From Chiloscyllium plagiosum (lineage: Eukaryota), in the NCBI RefSeq assembly GCF_004010195.1, contig NC_057752.1:16102793-16166792 (forward strand): a DNA stretch of 64,000 nt. Reading direction: 5' to 3'. The notes below the pieces were generated by a model that did not search any database, was not told where the DNA came from, and was given only the letters and a program-made list of their open reading frames with translations. A program made the translations under genes and the position numbers. This document shows, in pieces, positions 63,478-64,000 of the stretch. Position 1 is the first letter of the stretch. Each line of letters begins with the position of its first letter.

Positions 63478-64000
63478 ATAGAGCACTGAATCAGACTCTT
63501 CGGTCCAACCAGTCCACGACAACCATAATCCCAACCTTAACTCGTCCCATCTGCCTCTATTTGGACCATATCCCTCCAAACTTTTCCTATTCATGAACTT
63601 ATCCAAATGTCTTTCAAGCCTTCAGTCTATACCTGATCTGTGCATTTTGTCTGGAAATTTATTCCACACATGAACCACACTCTATTTAAAAAAAATTGCC
63701 CTCATGTCTTTTTAAATCTTTCTCCTCTCATCTTAAAAATATGCTGCCCTCCCCCAATCTTGAAATCCTTCACCCTAGGAAAACAACCTGTCATTCACCT
63801 TATCAATACCCCTCATGATTTTATAACCATAGGGTCATTCTCCTACGCTCCAGTGAAAAATGACCCAGCCCATCCAGCTTCTCCTCATAACTCAAACCCT
63901 CTATTCCCAGAAACATCCCGGTAAATCTTTTCTGAACCCTCTCCAGTTTAGTAATATCATTCCTATAACAGGGCGACCAGAACTGGACACGGTATTCCAA
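63478..64000 (-). mobile_element. CR1 LINE 3' end
   Basis: Reverse complement of the RT end (gaccagaactggacacggtattccaa) and 3' UTR. Confidence 0.88.

Overview
Vertebrate genomic DNA, very probably from an elasmobranch (shark). It is dominated by CR1-type LINE fragments and tRNA-derived V-SINEs of the HE1 type; the species cannot be determined from the sequence. Most of the window is repeat: CR1 LINEs, SINEs, Penelope-like element (PLE) remnants, five minisatellite families and seven N-gaps. Two minus-strand host genes are partly visible. The first is two intact lipoxygenase exons (57329-57501, 53717-53860) whose downstream catalytic exons are not present in the sequenced bases. The second is a strongly divergent profilin-like gene with a clear middle exon at 8375-8564 and candidate 5' exons at 26920-27035 and 27121-27148. 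The most striking non-genic signal is a dense population of short, often palindromic, TSD-flanked PLE-derived inserts from three sequence families. All three carry a minimal hammerhead-ribozyme core (CTGANGA-stemII-GAAA-palindrome) with covarying stems. Other notable items are a ~500-bp near-identical tract shared by two otherwise diverged CR1 copies 31 kb apart, a Tigger/MER44-like MITE, a templated-insertion-like duplication and a 23-bp array in which many units carry a kappaB-consensus site. Repeat boundaries are approximate, and family names come from recalled motifs, not from database searches.
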